64,000 nt of DNA, from contig NC_043022.1 in NCBI RefSeq assembly GCF_006345805.1, forward strand, positions 1,364,001-1,428,000. The letters are read 5' to 3'. A program made the translations under genes and the position numbers. The notes under the pieces were generated by a model, which made no database searches, was not told the DNA's origin, and saw only the letters and a program-made list of their open reading frames with translations. This DNA is from Octopus sinensis. Its lineage: Eukaryota. Shown in pieces: positions 38,941-52,881 of the stretch; position 1 is the stretch's first letter, and each line of letters starts with the position of its first letter.

Positions 38941-41900
38941 AGATGTTTCAACAAACTATTCTGTCTTTACTTTTCCAGACATAACGTGCCTTAAGCTATA
39001 TTATCTAATGAGTCTTACGTATGGTTTGATGGATATTTAGCTGATGCTTCTAGCAGGCTGACTTAATATGTAGATATTCTCTTGTTGACCCTTATAGAAA
39101 CACCCTAGTTTTGTTTTCTAACTTTGAAGCTATTTTAATTTTTTTTTTTGTAAATTCAAAATAAAATTCTCAAAACTGTAATAAGAGATGGCAGTCTTTA
39201 GCTTTAAAACATGAATTCTATCTTGTAAATATTCATACACTATCTATATTGTATTACTGAATATTCTGTAATGTATGTAAACTGACACTGTAACTTTCCA
39301 TAAGGTTTGTTTATAAATCGAAATAATTTTCCATCAGGTGTGTAAATATTTCTATAACCTTTTCAAGATGTGTGAATGTATTCTTGCAAATTTTTCTAAA
39401 TTTTGAAAATGTATTCTAAATATTTATAAATTGTGTGATGACTGTATCCTTGTAGTTTTTCTGTATTTCTGACAATGTACACCTGAAAATTTCTACATGA
39501 TCATCACCATGCAATCTGTTCAATATACTCTATACAATCACCATCCAATACTACAGCACAACTCACACACCACATACTCTACATAGCCACCACCCAATAC
39601 TGTAACACAAACCACACATGTACGCACACACACACTATACATCCTGTACTATCACTATTCAATACTATGACAAATGTCTGTTAAATCATGCCTTACCATA
39701 AACAAAAAATACAGAAAGAAAAGAACATGTTGGATATATAAATCTGGGGAGTCCTATTAAAGAAATAAAACCAAAGAAGGCTTTTGTTTCCCACTCAGAA
39801 CTCTGGAACTCCCAGAACTATTTAACTCCCTTTCTTGCCCCATATATCCAACCCACCCCTGTTCATATTGGACATCTAACCTACACTGTATACATAAATG
39901 TTTTCAGACTGTAAATAACCTCATATTTGGAGCCCAAAAAAAAAAGAAAAAAAGTTTTCTATCTCTCATCATGAGATTAATGATAATGATAACAGTAACA
40001 ATAAGATCTGGAAATAGAGTTAACTCGAATGTGGAGCCTAAAAACAGAAACAAATCCTATAATAATTGTTGCATTAGGTATGATAAAAAGAACATTCACA
40101 CATGATACATAACAAGAACTCCAGGACTTACAAGTATATATAACATACAGAAAATAGCACTACTGGGCACTGCACACATCCTACGTAAAACACTTTCAAT
40201 ACATTAGAAATGAGAGCACCACAACAAACTACAGCACATACCCAAGGCACAGAGAGCTGTGCTCGGTAGTGCAGTGAAAGCACGTTATAAAAATAAGACA
40301 ACAGAATAATAACAATAATAATAATAATAGTAATAATAGTAATAATAATTCCCTCTACTGGAAGTAAAAGGCCTCAAATTTGGGGGAAGGGATTAGGTCA
40401 ATTACATCGACACCAGTGTGTAACTGGTACTTATTTAAGCAACCCCGAAAAGATGAAAGGCAAAGTTGACCTCGGCACAATTTGAACTTAGAGCATAGCA
40501 GCAGATGAAATACTGTTAAGCATTTTTGCTTGGTATGCTAACGAATTTGCCAGCTTACTGCCTTAATAATAATAATAATAATGATAATAATAATAATGAT
40601 AATAATAATCTTTTCTACTATAGGCATAAAGTCCAAAATTTTGGGGGTGGTAGTTGATTAGATCGACCTCAGTATGCTTAATTTATCGACCTCAAAATGA
40701 TGAAAGGCAAAGTTGATCCTATTGGAATTTGAACTCAGAACATAAAGACAGACAAAATACCGCTAAGCATTTCATTGGTTTCAATTTTTGGCACAATTTT
40801 TGGGGGTAGGAGGTAAGTTGATTACATTGCTCCCAGTGCTCAACTGGTACTTATTTTATTGACCCAGAAAGGATGAAGGGCAAAGTCGACCTTGGCGGAA
40901 TTTGAACTCAGAACATAAAAACAGACGAAATGCTGCTAAGCATTTTGCCTGGTATGCTAACCATTCTGTCAGCTCACTGCCTTAATAATAATAATAATAA
41001 TAATAATAATGGGCACATGTCTTCTACTGTAGCCCCAGGCCGACCAATGCCTTGTGAGTGGATTTGGTAGACAGAAACTGAAAGAAGCCTGTTGTATATA
41101 TGTATATGTATATATATATATATGTGTGTGTGTGTTTGTGTGTCTGTGTTGGTCTACCCCACCATCGATTGGTGTGTTTACATCCCCATAACTTTGCGAT
41201 TTGGCAAAAGAGACCAATAAAATAAGTACTAGGCTTACAAAGAATAAGTCCTGGGGTCAATTTACTCGACTAAAGGCGGTGCTCCAGCATGGCCGCAGTC
41301 AAATGACTGAAACAAGTATAAGAGTAAAGAGAGAGTATAATAGTGTTGGTCTGTCTATATCCCCGTAACTTAGTGGTTTGACAAAAGAGACTGATAAATA
41401 CCAGACTTAAAGAAAAAAATGTACTAGGGATGATTTATTTGTCTACACACGTCATTTGCAGTGCTCCAGCGTGGGCACAGTCAAATGACTGAAATAAGTA
41501 TAACATAAGGTAAAACAACTGGTGCCAGCTCAGATTCTACCACGAGTCGCAGTTGTGGCTCTTCTTCGTGGGAGAGGCTGTTCTTCGTCTGTAAACAGTT
41601 GGAAAAGTTTAAAAAAGGGAGGCAAAAAAAAAAAACTCACCTTTTTTAGTTTTTCCTTTGTTTTACTTCTTTCCGTTGTCTTCCAATGTGCCTTTGAGAA
41701 ATGAGGGTCTTTAACCCTTTCGTTACCATGTTTCTCTTGGTGTACACTACCATTGTTTCAAGTAATTTCGAAAGGGGTGAAGAATTTAGTGAAATAATTG
41801 TCATTATTCAGCTGGTGTTTGCAACATAAATCACCATGGAATTTTTTAAAGGTAGGTGTTAATTTAAAACACTTCGAAACAGTAAGTTTGTACCACAGAC

Positions 41901-42406
41901 CTGGGGTTGGCTTGTCAAAAGGGCCACACACTTTGCTTGGATCTTCATCTGTGAGGTAGTGTAGTTGTTGTTGTGGGTGGTGGTGCTGTTGGTTAAATGT
42001 CCTTTTTGTGTCTTTCTGATGCCAAACAGGCGGTAATATTGTCATCCGTGCCGACATGATATCACCAGCAATGGTGTCATGTTTTTTTTCTAAGGTTTTA
42101 GAAAATTTGTTAGCAATTATTATTTTTTTTTTTTGGTCTTAAAAGAAAAAAAAAAACTAAGTAGGAATCCTCCCATTTCTGCTGTAAATTAGAAATTAAC
42201 AATCATTAAAATGATAAGAATGTGTGTGTGTGTGTGTGTGTAATATAGACAAATAGCTGTGTGTATGTGTATATCTTCTAACATACAATGATATAATATA
42301 GTGATATGTATGCCTGCAGTGTGTGTTTGTGTATGTGTGAGAGAGAGAAGACGGATAAATAACTATGTGTACATATATTTGTGTGTGTGTACACACAGAC
42401 ACACAG

Positions 42407-42439
<33 letters not shown>

Positions 42440-44562
42440 TTTAAACAGGAGATAAAGTACTCTCTCTCATATATATATATCATAGTTTATTGGTTCAAAG
42501 TTGACAATTCAGTCTATTGTATGTTGATGGGTCTACATTCACACACACACACACACACACACACCCTACAAACACACACACACACCCCATGCACACATTC
42601 CTACGTCACTGTAATTAGCTTGATGAGAACCTATGAACTTTTATAATCGTTTTGTTTTTATTTCCTTACTTAATTCTTTTTTTCTTGTTTTTTTGTTTTC
42701 ATGACTTATCTCCGTTGAACAAGTTATAAAACTTTAAAAAAAAAGTCTATCTGTGTTCTCTAAGATGTTGCCAACAACTACAACAACAACAACAATAATA
42801 AAATTAATCTAATTTTTATTTGACATTCGCTTGCCTTGTCTATTTGGTCCGCCTTCGTCCTGGGTGGATCTTGAATCTTAGAGCTAAAAAAAAAAAAATA
42901 ATAAATTGCAAAAACAAACAAACAAACAAAACCAGCCCAGTAGCAGCAACGACATCACCAACAGTAACAGGTTTTTTTGTTTTTTTTTCTGAAATTTCTA
43001 CATTGCATTATATAATATATACACACACACACACACACACATATGTGTATGTTCTGCTTTTTATATTTAACCCTACAGTCTCTTATGTGGTTTAATAAAG
43101 TATGTGATTGAGTATTATCTGGTAATTGATATTTGATTTAGATGTGTTTCTCCATTTTCTTATCTTGTATTAGTAATTTGTGGTAAATCATTTTACCTTT
43201 GCCCATATAATACAGTAAATGAATTGATTGCATCGCAATCATTAACATTTATGTATTAACTTTGTTGGGTACTTCACTAGCAGTATATTGGATGTGTGTT
43301 ATCCCATGGAGGGTTGCATTTACAACCCCTATCTCAATTTGTATATATATATATATATAATTGGAATGACAGGCATCTTGGCATTTAGTCTTTTCTTTGG
43401 TATGGTTATATTTTGTTTTGGGTCTTTTCTTCATCCTTGCTTGTTTGTATATTTTTGTTGTTGTTGTTGTTGTTTAACACCCTGGCTTGTCCTAATCGAA
43501 TAGTCTTATTTACAGTTTTATGGCTTTGTTTGTTTCAGTTGTTAGATTGTGGCCATCCTGGGGCACTGCCTTGGAAAGGTCTAATGGTATAGATTGAGCC
43601 CACTACTCATTGTATTGGATCCTTTTAAAATTTTTTTTTACTGAACTGCTAAGTTACAGGGATGGAAACAAACCAACATTGGTTGTCAAGTGGTAATGGG
43701 GACATGGGGACAAACAGACACACACACATATATGTGTGTGCGTGTATATATGTATACATATATACACTCGTGTGTGTGTGTATATATGTGTGTGTGTGTG
43801 TGTGTGTGTATACACAGACACAGACATTTATGTTTATATATATGGTCAGGCTGGAACTATAGAAGACGCTTGCCCAATGTGCCATGCAGTTGGACTGAAC
43901 TTGGAACCCTGTGAATGGGAAGCAAGCTTCTTACCACACAACCACAAAAAAGAGAAAAGAAAAAGAACTGATCCAGCTATGACAGTCTGACCTTTTTCTT
44001 TTTTTTTTTCCACCCTTATACTTCTTGGACCACTTCATCTAATATTTTAGTTTGATGTCTTTTTCTTTTCTTTTTTTTTATTGTTGCATCTGTAGAGTCT
44101 GATTGTATGGTATCTGGGCTGTTATTTCTAGCGAGGCAAAAACCTCTTATCCCTGTCCCCACCAAAAAGAAAACGAACCCTTCCTATGCTGATATTGTGA
44201 AAGAGTAGTCCCCACATGATATTGCTAAACAATTATTAGTTTTCTTTTACATTAACAACAACTAAAACAATCACCCCCCTCCTCTAAGCCAAGGTACTCT
44301 TCCCCTCTGAATTATTATTATTATTATTATCAAGGTTGTAAGATGAGAGAATCATTAACGCACCAGGTGAAATGCTTACCGGTATTTCGCCTGTCACTAC
44401 ATTCCGAGTTCAAATTCCGCCGAGGTCAACTTTGCCTTTCATCCTTTCGGGGTCGATAAATTAAGTACCAGTCAAGTTCTGGGATCAATTTTATCGACTT
44501 ACTCCCTTCCCACAAATTTCAGGCCTTGTACATGTATTAGAATGGATTATTATTATTATTCC

Positions 44563-44594
<32 letters not shown>

Positions 44595-45087
44595 AAAATA
44601 TACTGGTTTAGCAATGTTTATGTCTCATTTGTTCTATTTTTTTGTGCTGGTTTTTAAGGTCTAAATCCAACTTTGGATAAGCATGTAGCTCTAGTATGGC
44701 CAGAATTAATGGGTCGGAACTAGTGATGCGTGACTGGAGAATCTGGTTTTATTTTATATTCCTATATGTATTACTATTTAAAGTGGTGGCAGTGGGGCAG
44801 TGCCTCTAGATAATCTCTTTCTAGGTCCTTGTAGACGTGTGTGTGTGTGTGTGTGGAATGACTGAAATAGCTGAGTGATGCTTACTGGAGTTTGAACACT
44901 TGAAGCTCGGCATCAGAACAGAAGACACAAAGCAATGAATGTGGTGGTGAAGATGGTGTGTGTGTGAAGGGGATAGAGGTTGATGTTGGGGTTTTCAGTG
45001 GGAGCTTCAGTTTTAGAAGAAGAAGGAATGGTGGGGTTGAACAAGTTGAACAATAAAAGAATAAAAAAAGAGAATATATTGTAGGTG

Positions 45088-45490
45088 GAGGAGTGGCTGT
45101 GTGGTAAGAAGCTTTCTTACAAACCACATGGTTCCAGGTTCAGTCCCACTGCGTGGCATCTTGGGCAAGTGTCTTCTGCTATAGCCTCAGGCTGACCAAA
45201 GCCTTGTGAGTGGATTTGGTAGACGGAAACTGAAAGAAGCCCGTCGTATATATATATATATACATATGTGCATGTGTGTGTTTGTGTGTCTGTGTTTGCC
45301 CCCCCCCCAATATCACTTGACAACCGATGCTGGTGTGTTTACGTCCCTGTAACTTAGCAGTTCGGCAAAAGAGAGTGATAGAATAAGTAGTAGGCTTACA
45401 AAGAATAAGTCTTGTGGTTGATTTGCTCGACTAAAGGTGGTGCTCCAGCATGGCCACAGTCAAATGACTGAAACAAGTAAAAGAGAGAGT
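45088..45490 (+). mobile_element. tRNA-derived SINE, family B (internal microsatellite)
   Basis: ggagtggctgtgtggtaag head, gggttcagtccc B-box, CORE-like ccttgggcaagt block; copies at about 4730-5135(-), 24545-24910(-), 57405-57760(+), 61553-61945(-). Confidence 0.85.
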
Positions 45491-45722
45491 AACCATGGTA
45501 GCAGTGTCAATGTTGCTAGACGAAGGGATGAAGATGACGATGTAACGTAACTTCGTTAAAGGTTACCATCGTTTCAGTGGCCAGTGGAATCATTTCATCA
45601 ATTAGCATATTGACGTGTATATATAAAAGACCCCAAAAATATTGATGAATGAGGTTGGCTCTAATAATCTCATTGGAGTACTTAAAGTCTCCGGAATATA
45701 TCTTTTGAGAATTTCCAACAAA

Positions 45723-46112
45723 TCTCTCTCTATATATATAAAGCTGAAGTTGTCTGTGGTTTGGTAGCCTTCAACTAACACTATCCCCTCCGAGACCCTG
45801 CGGCGCAAGTTGACCAAAATTGAGAGTGTGATAGAAGAAGGCTTGCTCTTCCTTCCGTAGAAAAAAAAAAATTCAAATCGGACCATGTTAACACCAAAAA
45901 TTATTTACGTCAAAAAGGGGCTTTTTTTCTATGAAAATCCCTATTTTTTACGATTTTTTGACTGCTGTGTCGCCATTTTTCGGTGTATTTCAACCAGAAA
46001 AATGTTCACTTAAAGAGAATAACAAGCTACATAATGCAAAATTTCTACTTTTCAAAAATTCCTATTCTAAAGGATCGAAACAAACCCGAGCAACGCCGGG
46101 CGATACTGCTAG
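45723..46112 (+). mobile_element. Non-autonomous Helitron
   Basis: A|TC..tatatatataaagctgaagttg 5' end; cccgagcaacgccggg hairpin followed by CTAG|T; termini shared with 23540-23960. Confidence 0.8.
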
Positions 46113-46522
46113 TAATTTTAATAAAGGGATATCGATACGCATTTCCGTGACAATATCCTTTCGTCCTGGAGATATTGGATCCACGTTAAATTTGCGCTTG
46201 CACGAATTACCTCCCTTAGACCGTGGTTTTTCTCCTCTTTCTCATAACGTTATTCACACACGCATTCATCGATTCCCACGGCATAGAATAATAGCAAACT
46301 GGAAGATCCGGCAGTTATTGCTGTTGCTATTTATCCCCAGGTCACTCCATAGGCTTTCCAGTCATGATCATCTCGTCCGTTTTGTATGTCCACGAAGTCA
46401 TCGTCTTTTTCGTTTTCCTTTTCTATCTTTTTAAAATTTTCAACGTAGAAGGACATTTTGTTTGCAGGGTTTTTATTTTTAAGGGACAAAAAACAAGGAG
46501 CAACGCCGGGCGACACTGTTAG
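46113..46522 (+). mobile_element. Second Helitron-type segment abutting the first
   Basis: ends in gagcaacgccgggcgacactgTTAG|T, a variant of the same 3' terminus. Confidence 0.6.
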
Positions 46523-47365
46523 TAATCACTAAAGCCACCTGCCCTTATCAAATACTTCCCACTTCACCTTTTCCCCTGTTACTTGGTAACCTCATGAGGT
46601 TACCCAATAAGCACTTAATATACTCTGTAAAGTGGTTTGCATTAGGAAGGGCATCTGGCCATAGAAACCATGTCAAAGCTGATTTTGGAGCTTGATGTGG
46701 CCTAGCAGCTTGCCAGATCCTATGAAGCTGTCCATCCTCCATGCCACCAGCAGGGAAAATAAATGTTAAATGATAATAATTGTGTGTGTGTGTGTGTGAA
46801 TATATATTTTGTCTGATGCTCTGACATTTCTATTTCTTTACTACTCACAAGGGGCTAAACACAGAGAACAAACAAGGACAGACAATAGGGTTAAGTCAAT
46901 TACATCAACCCCAGTGCGTAACTGGTACTTAATTTATCGACCCCGAAAGGATGAAAGGCAAAGTCGACCTCGACGGAATTTGAACTCAGAATGTAGAGGC
47001 AGACGAAATACGGCTACGCATTTCGCCCGGCGTGCTAACGATTCTGACATTTCTGCCAATCCATTGCCCCTTCTCATTTATTTAATAATGACAAAATTTA
47101 TTTATTAAATTCTTCATATTTCCAAAATTAATTGAAAGAAAGGCAGCAGGTCTCAACAGAAGTCTAGTAACAAAACAAAAGGGTGAAATTATATTTAAAA
47201 AAAAAAAATCTGTGGCATTCTTAGATCCTTCTTGCAGGACACTGTCTTAGAACCATGATAGTAAAGGTGTGAATGGAAGGAGATTTGACTGTTATTTCTA
47301 GCATGTCAAGTACCTCTGTAGCAACAGTCTCATTGACTCTTGTAAATGAGATGAGTAAAAGCAAC

Positions 47366-47582
47366 TTAACCCTTCAACATTTAAACCAGCCCTCTCCAGC
47401 CAATATATTCTTCATGATTTACGTTCAAAGTGGCCATATCCAGCCTCTCACACCTACCATACAATGTTAGTTTCAAAAATATACTGTCTCTTAATCCAAA
47501 TCTCAAAGCTTTGAGATAATGCAGGATGAATTCAGAATAATGTGAATCAATAAGGATTACAATCTGAATGTTCAAAGGCTAA
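47366..47582. mobile_element. piggyBac-type MITE (degenerate)
   Basis: TTAACCCTTC start, aaaggctaa end, internal similarity to 28694-28922. Confidence 0.65.
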
Positions 47583-47589
47583 TTGTCAA

Positions 47590-47619
47590 GGATATATATA
47601 TATATGCACACAGAGGCAT

Positions 47620-47653
<34 letters not shown>

Positions 47654-48310
47654 GCACGCGCAAACACAGAGAAACTGACACACACGTAGACACATAAATA
47701 CACAGACACATACACACGCATACACACATATAGATACACATAGACACAATATAGACACACACATATAGACACACGCATATAGACACACGCATATAGACAC
47801 ACGCATATAGACACACGCATATAGACACACGCATATAGACACACACACACACACACAGACACACACACACAGACACACACACATAGACACACATACATAG
47901 ACACACACACATAGACACACATACATAGACACACACACATAGACACACACACACATAGACACACACACACATAGACACACACACATAGACACACACATAA
48001 AGACACAGACACACACATATTGACACACATAGACATACACATAGACACACATAAAGACACCCACTCACATAAAGACACACACAGACACACACACACATGC
48101 AGACACACACACACAGACACACGTGCAGACACACGCGCAGATACACACACGCAGACACGCACACACACATACACACACACACACACACCACACACACACA
48201 GAGGCACACACACACAGGCACACATATACGGACACATACACATAGACAGACACAGATACACACACTCACGCACACACTGACACATGAACACACACACACA
48301 CACAGATAGG
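47590..48310. repeat. Long compound (CA)n microsatellite
   Basis: CA runs with tagacac interruptions and a 14-bp gcatatagacacac unit; similar (TG)n tract at 3470-3720. Confidence 0.9.
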
Positions 48311-48631
48311 CATACACCCAGTTTCTGTTCACCAAATTCACTCATGTGACATTGACTGGCCTGAGGTTATAACAGAAGCCACTTGATCAAGGTGCTGCAC
48401 AGTAGGACAGAACCTGAAACCACACGGACTATTTTCAACCAAGAACATCCTTTGTCATCAACATATTTGCAATTGTTTGATCTTTAAAGGGTCAACATAA
48501 AATTGTCTCAAGTATTTTCTTGTATTTTCTTGGATCAATTTATAACTTGTGTTTTTTTTTTTTCATTGTTTTTGTCGTTAGTTTTCCAATGTAATTTTTA
48601 TTTATCTATTTATTTTAAAATTATAATTTAG

Positions 48632-48748
48632 GCCCAAGAAGATGCCGAAATATTGAAATCTGTGGTTCTTCCGTTGGAGGAAGAAATAAAACTTCTGAAA
48701 AGCAAGGTTCAAGAATCTGATGATAAAATAAAAGATTTAGAAAAACAG
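48632..48748 (+). CDS. RABEP1: Rabaptin-5 coding exon
   Basis: atttag / CAG|gtaaga; 117 nt phase 0-0; AQEDAEILKSVVLPLEEEIKLLKSKVQESDDKIKDLEKQ, cf. vertebrate AQEDAEKLRSVVMPMEKEIAALKDKL. Confidence 0.96.
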
Positions 48749-49791
48749 GTAAGAATTCCTTCTAAGCTTAATTTATTATTTTTCATACTGGTTCCAGCGA
48801 ATAAGTTTTGGCCATGCTGGAGCACTTTGCCAAGTCTATTTGGGCTGACCAAAGCATTGTGAGTGGATTTGGTAGATGTCTGTGTGTGTTTGTACCTCCT
48901 CATCTTGAAAGTGTGTGGTAGTTGTAAATGAGTGTCACCATCATACAAGCAGTGTCGTTTGTTTCTGGTCTTTCATGAAAATGTAGAATTATCACCTAGG
49001 TGCATGGCCTAGTGGTTCGAGTGTTGTATTCGCAATCGCCAGATTGTGGGTTTGATTCCTGGGCCGAATGGCATGTTGCGTTCTTCAGGAAAACACTGTG
49101 TGAGGACCAGCATTCCAAAGAGTAGATCCACTGTTTCCTCTGCGTATTGTAAAAGGCAACTAAAAGAAGTTGGGGTAGGGTTTGCACTCCAATCTTGTAA
49201 AACCCTTACCAGCAACAACTACCCAAACAGACCCATGCGTTGGAGGGTTGTCACAAAGGTGTCATCTGCCAAGAGTCAGAGGGAGCCACCAACAAATGGT
49301 GAATGCAGTGACACACTTTTTACAGCACATGCCCCCATGCTACTGCTATTTGGGAATAGACAAAGGTTGGTGACAGGAAGAGCATCTGGCTGAAGAAGGC
49401 CTGCCTCAACAAATTCTGTCTAACTCTGCTCATGCAAACACGGAAAAGTGACCCTTAAAACAATACCTGTTGGTTGCAACTCCTGACAGAAATTAGGAGG
49501 GTTCTCAGATGGTAAAGGTTATGTAGGTTTGACCCCCCCCCCAGCAGCATACTTGTGGGAACTGGGGGGCTGAAGAGAGGTCACTTTCTAAATAGTTAGC
49601 ATTAGGTTTTTAACACGTTAACAGACTCATGTACCACTGGTGATTCATCACAAACTTCACACAACCACCTTATGCCCCACCAGCAGTACATTTTCAAAAT
49701 TTGGAGAAAATACTTGATCCTGTATCTTTGTCATGGCTTCAAGAATATTTAAATAACATGAGAGCTAAATATTAAAGTTTAATTATGAAAT

Positions 49792-50176
49792 GGAAGCACT
49801 CCGTCGGTTACGACGATGAGGGTTCCGGTTGATCCGATCAACGGAACAGCCTGCTCGTGAAATTAACGTGTAAGTGGCTGAGCACTCCACAGACACGTGC
49901 ACCCTTAACGTAGTTCTCGGGGATATTCAGCGTGACACAGAGAGTGACAAGGCCGGCCCCTTGAAATACAGGTACAACAGAAACAGGAAGTAAGAGTGAG
50001 AGAAAGTTGTGGTGAAAGAGTACAGCAGGGATCACCACCATCCCCTGCCGGAGCCTCATGGAGCTTTTTAGGTGTTTTCGCTCAATAAACACTCACAACG
50101 CCCAGTCTGGGAATCGAAACCGCGATCCTATGACCACGAGTTCGCTGCCCTAACCACTGGGCCATTGCGCCTCCAC
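49792..50176 (-). mobile_element. tRNA-derived SINE, family C (tail 1)
   Basis: reverse complement of 20041-20409; 13-bp TSD ttaattatgaaat. Confidence 0.85.
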
Positions 50177-51191
50177 TTAATTATGAAATATAAAAATGCC
50201 AAAAAACTACATTTCCTTGTAATGAAACTGTATACAGTCTGACCACAAGAACTACATGGTGTCACTGGTAAGTTCTAGGAAGAATCCTTGGTGGTTAATG
50301 TATTGAAGTGTTCAAAGAAATGGTATCAACAGTGACCTGAAGTCTTTCAACATAAGGGATAACACACATATATACGACGGGCTTCTTTCAGTTTCCGTCT
50401 ACCAACTCCACTAACACGGCTTTGGTCGGCCTGAGGCTATAGTAGAAGACACTTGCCCAAGGTGCCACGCAGTGGGACTGAACCCGGAATCATGTGGTTT
50501 GTAAGCAAGCTACTTACCACACAGCCACTCCTGCCAACCAATGAAATATATTTTGTTGTGGTATAGAGGTTATAGGTGCAGGTATGGCTGTGTATGACCA
50601 TGAAGTTTGATTCCCAACTCTGGTTTTGTGTTCAGTCTGGCACCTTGGACAAGTGTCTTCACTATAGCCTTCTATCTGATCAAAGTCTTGTATTAGATGG
50701 AAACTGAAAGAAGACTCTGTGTGTGTGTGTGTAGCATGTGATGATTGACCAGACCATTGGATGCTGTTATACATTGTGGTCACAATGCGCTTCACATCGT
50801 TTTAGCATTTGAATGATGCCACACCCTGCTGACTAGGTAAGCTGGCCAACATTGCCCCTGATTGGAAGGCTATTCGGTCACAGGGTTCACCATTTACAGC
50901 TGAGTGGACTGGAGCAACATGATATGAAGTGTTTTGCTCAAGAACACGAAGCACTGCTAAGCCCAGGAATTGAACCCACGACCTGGCAATCATGAATGCA
51001 GTACCCTTCCCATTAGGCAATGTGCCTTCACACACACACACACAAATATTTATGTATGTATGTGTGTGTATTTGTATGAATGAGTTTGTATTTTCACATA
51101 AACAATATCCGCTGATTCTAAACAATGGCTTTGCTAACAGTGTCATTTGTTTGTAGTCTATGACAAAAGCATGTCCAGGCTTCTTAATATA

Positions 51192-51414
51192 CAGGAATCC
51201 CTTGACTGTCGTGGGTGTTACATTCCAAAACCCCCCACGATAGGGGAAAACCTGTGAAATAGAAACAGTACTGTATATATATTTTTTAAAAGTTATTTAT
51301 ATAATTTGTATGTATTTATTTTATTATAAATTCAAAACAAAACCACGGAGGAATCGACGTAGGCTTAAATAATAAACTGTGATCGGTGAACCATGATATG
51401 GCAAGGGATTACTG
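51192..51414. mobile_element. Tigger/pogo-like MITE
   Basis: TA|CAGGAATCCCTTG ... CAAGGGATTACTG|TA. Confidence 0.75.
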
Positions 51415-51682
51415 TATCCAGACAGATTGTGCTATCTTTGCAAACCAAAGACTCATTCATCCAGTGTTTGCTTGTTTCCCTGTTGTCTGCGTAAAACATG
51501 TCCAGGGTCCAAATTGTTTGCTGTTCAATAGACGAGGGAAGTATTAATTAGTATCTGACTTTGGAAACAAATGGGGGTTTGGCCACTGGAAGGAGGCTCT
51601 GGCTGTAGAAAACTCTGCCCACCGATATACTCTTCTCTGACTCGTACAAGCATGGAAAAATAAATGTTAAAATGACAGTGCC

Positions 51683-52095
51683 AGTATCAGGGCAAAATCC
51701 CACCCCAGGGCAAAATCCCACCCCTGGACAAAATCCACCCCAGGACAAAATCCACCCTTGGACAAAATCCACCCCTGGACAAAATCCCACCCCTGGACAA
51801 AATCCCACACCAGGACAAAATTCCACTCCAGGACAAAATCCACCCCAGAACAAAATCCACCCCTGGACAAAATCCCACTCTAGGACAAAATCCACCCCAG
51901 GACAAAATCCACCCCTGGATAAAATCCCACCCCAGGACAAAATCCACATCCCCTAACAAATTCTAAATAAAAATATCAACTAATAAATATTTTAGATTTT
52001 TAAAAATAAAATTTCACTTTGCTAAAATATTTTTATTGTAAAGAAAGAACAACATCCTGGGGGATATTGATTGCCAAAGATTTTGTCCTAGTACC
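51683..52095. mobile_element. MULE/foldback-like non-autonomous element with 17-18-bp tandem repeats
   Basis: imperfect TIR agtatcagggcaaaatc / gattttgtcctagtacc; 9-bp flanks gacagtgcc / gccagtgcc; about 15 copies of ggacaaaatcc(c)acccc. Confidence 0.6.
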
Positions 52096-52847
52096 GCCAG
52101 TGCCACATATAAAAAGCACCTGTGACGGAGCCACGTAAAAATCACCCATGCTGGTGTTAACGTAAAAAGCACCCAGTACACACTGTAAAGTGGTTGGTGT
52201 TTGGGAGGGCATCCAGCTGTAGAAACCATGCTAAGACGGACAATAGAGCCTGATGCAATTCTACAGCTGGCCAACTCCAGTCAAACCGTCCAACCTGTGT
52301 CGTCATGGAAACTGACATTAAATGATGATGATGATATCCAGTACAATCAACCAATGAAATACTTGTGTGCGTTTCTCCAGTTGCTTCCACTTCTTAACAG
52401 TACATAATGATTTATGCCTTACTCAAGTGCCTCCTTGGAATTAAGTGGACTCAACTCTTGATAGTTAAGTGCAGAAGGAAAATGTCGTTTGTAGTCTGCA
52501 TCTGGGGACTGTGGAATCCAACCGAAGACTGCTTGTGATGACTGTAATGTATTCGGTATTGGAGGTGGTCTGTGGCAGAATCAGTAGAGTGCCAGGCAAA
52601 ATGACCTGTGGTATTCAATTATGCACTTTTATATTGTGTGTCCAAACCTTGCCGAAGTCAACTTTGCCTTTTGTTATTCTGGTGGTGGTGGCAGTAGAGT
52701 ATTAGTAGTAGTAGTAGTATCCTTGTGGTGGCGTGGTGGCGTAGTAGTATTAAGTATCAGTCAATAACTAGAGTTTAAGCAATTATAGTCCCTTCTTGCA
52801 AATTTGCAGCTGTGAAAGTTTGAATCATCACATTATTATTGTTGTTG

Positions 52848-52881
<34 letters not shown>

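Noticed and set aside
41540-42876. Apparent chain of minus-strand phase-1 micro-exons (42835-42876 DSRSTQDEGGPNRQ; 41901-41948 DEDPSKVCGPFDKPTP; 41641-41691; acceptor at 41589) suggesting a nested antisense gene
   Set aside because: Donors are weak (GC, GTCTGT), one exon overlaps a degenerate MITE end, one has an in-frame stop, one intron would be only 52 nt, and I recognise no protein. Such matches are expected by chance in 64 kb; only stranded RNA-seq could rescue it.
45611-45630. TGACGT plus TATATAAAAG as an internal promoter 3 kb before exon 48632
   Set aside because: TATA-like strings are ubiquitous in this (TA)n-rich DNA, and I found no downstream first exon with a convincing donor.
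47572-48345. Long Cys/Val-rich ORFs (up to 257 aa)
   Set aside because: Translations of (TG)n microsatellite.
51548-51959. PGQNPT/GGFCPG repeat-protein ORFs
   Set aside because: Open in multiple frames on both strands of a 17-18-bp tandem repeat; non-coding.
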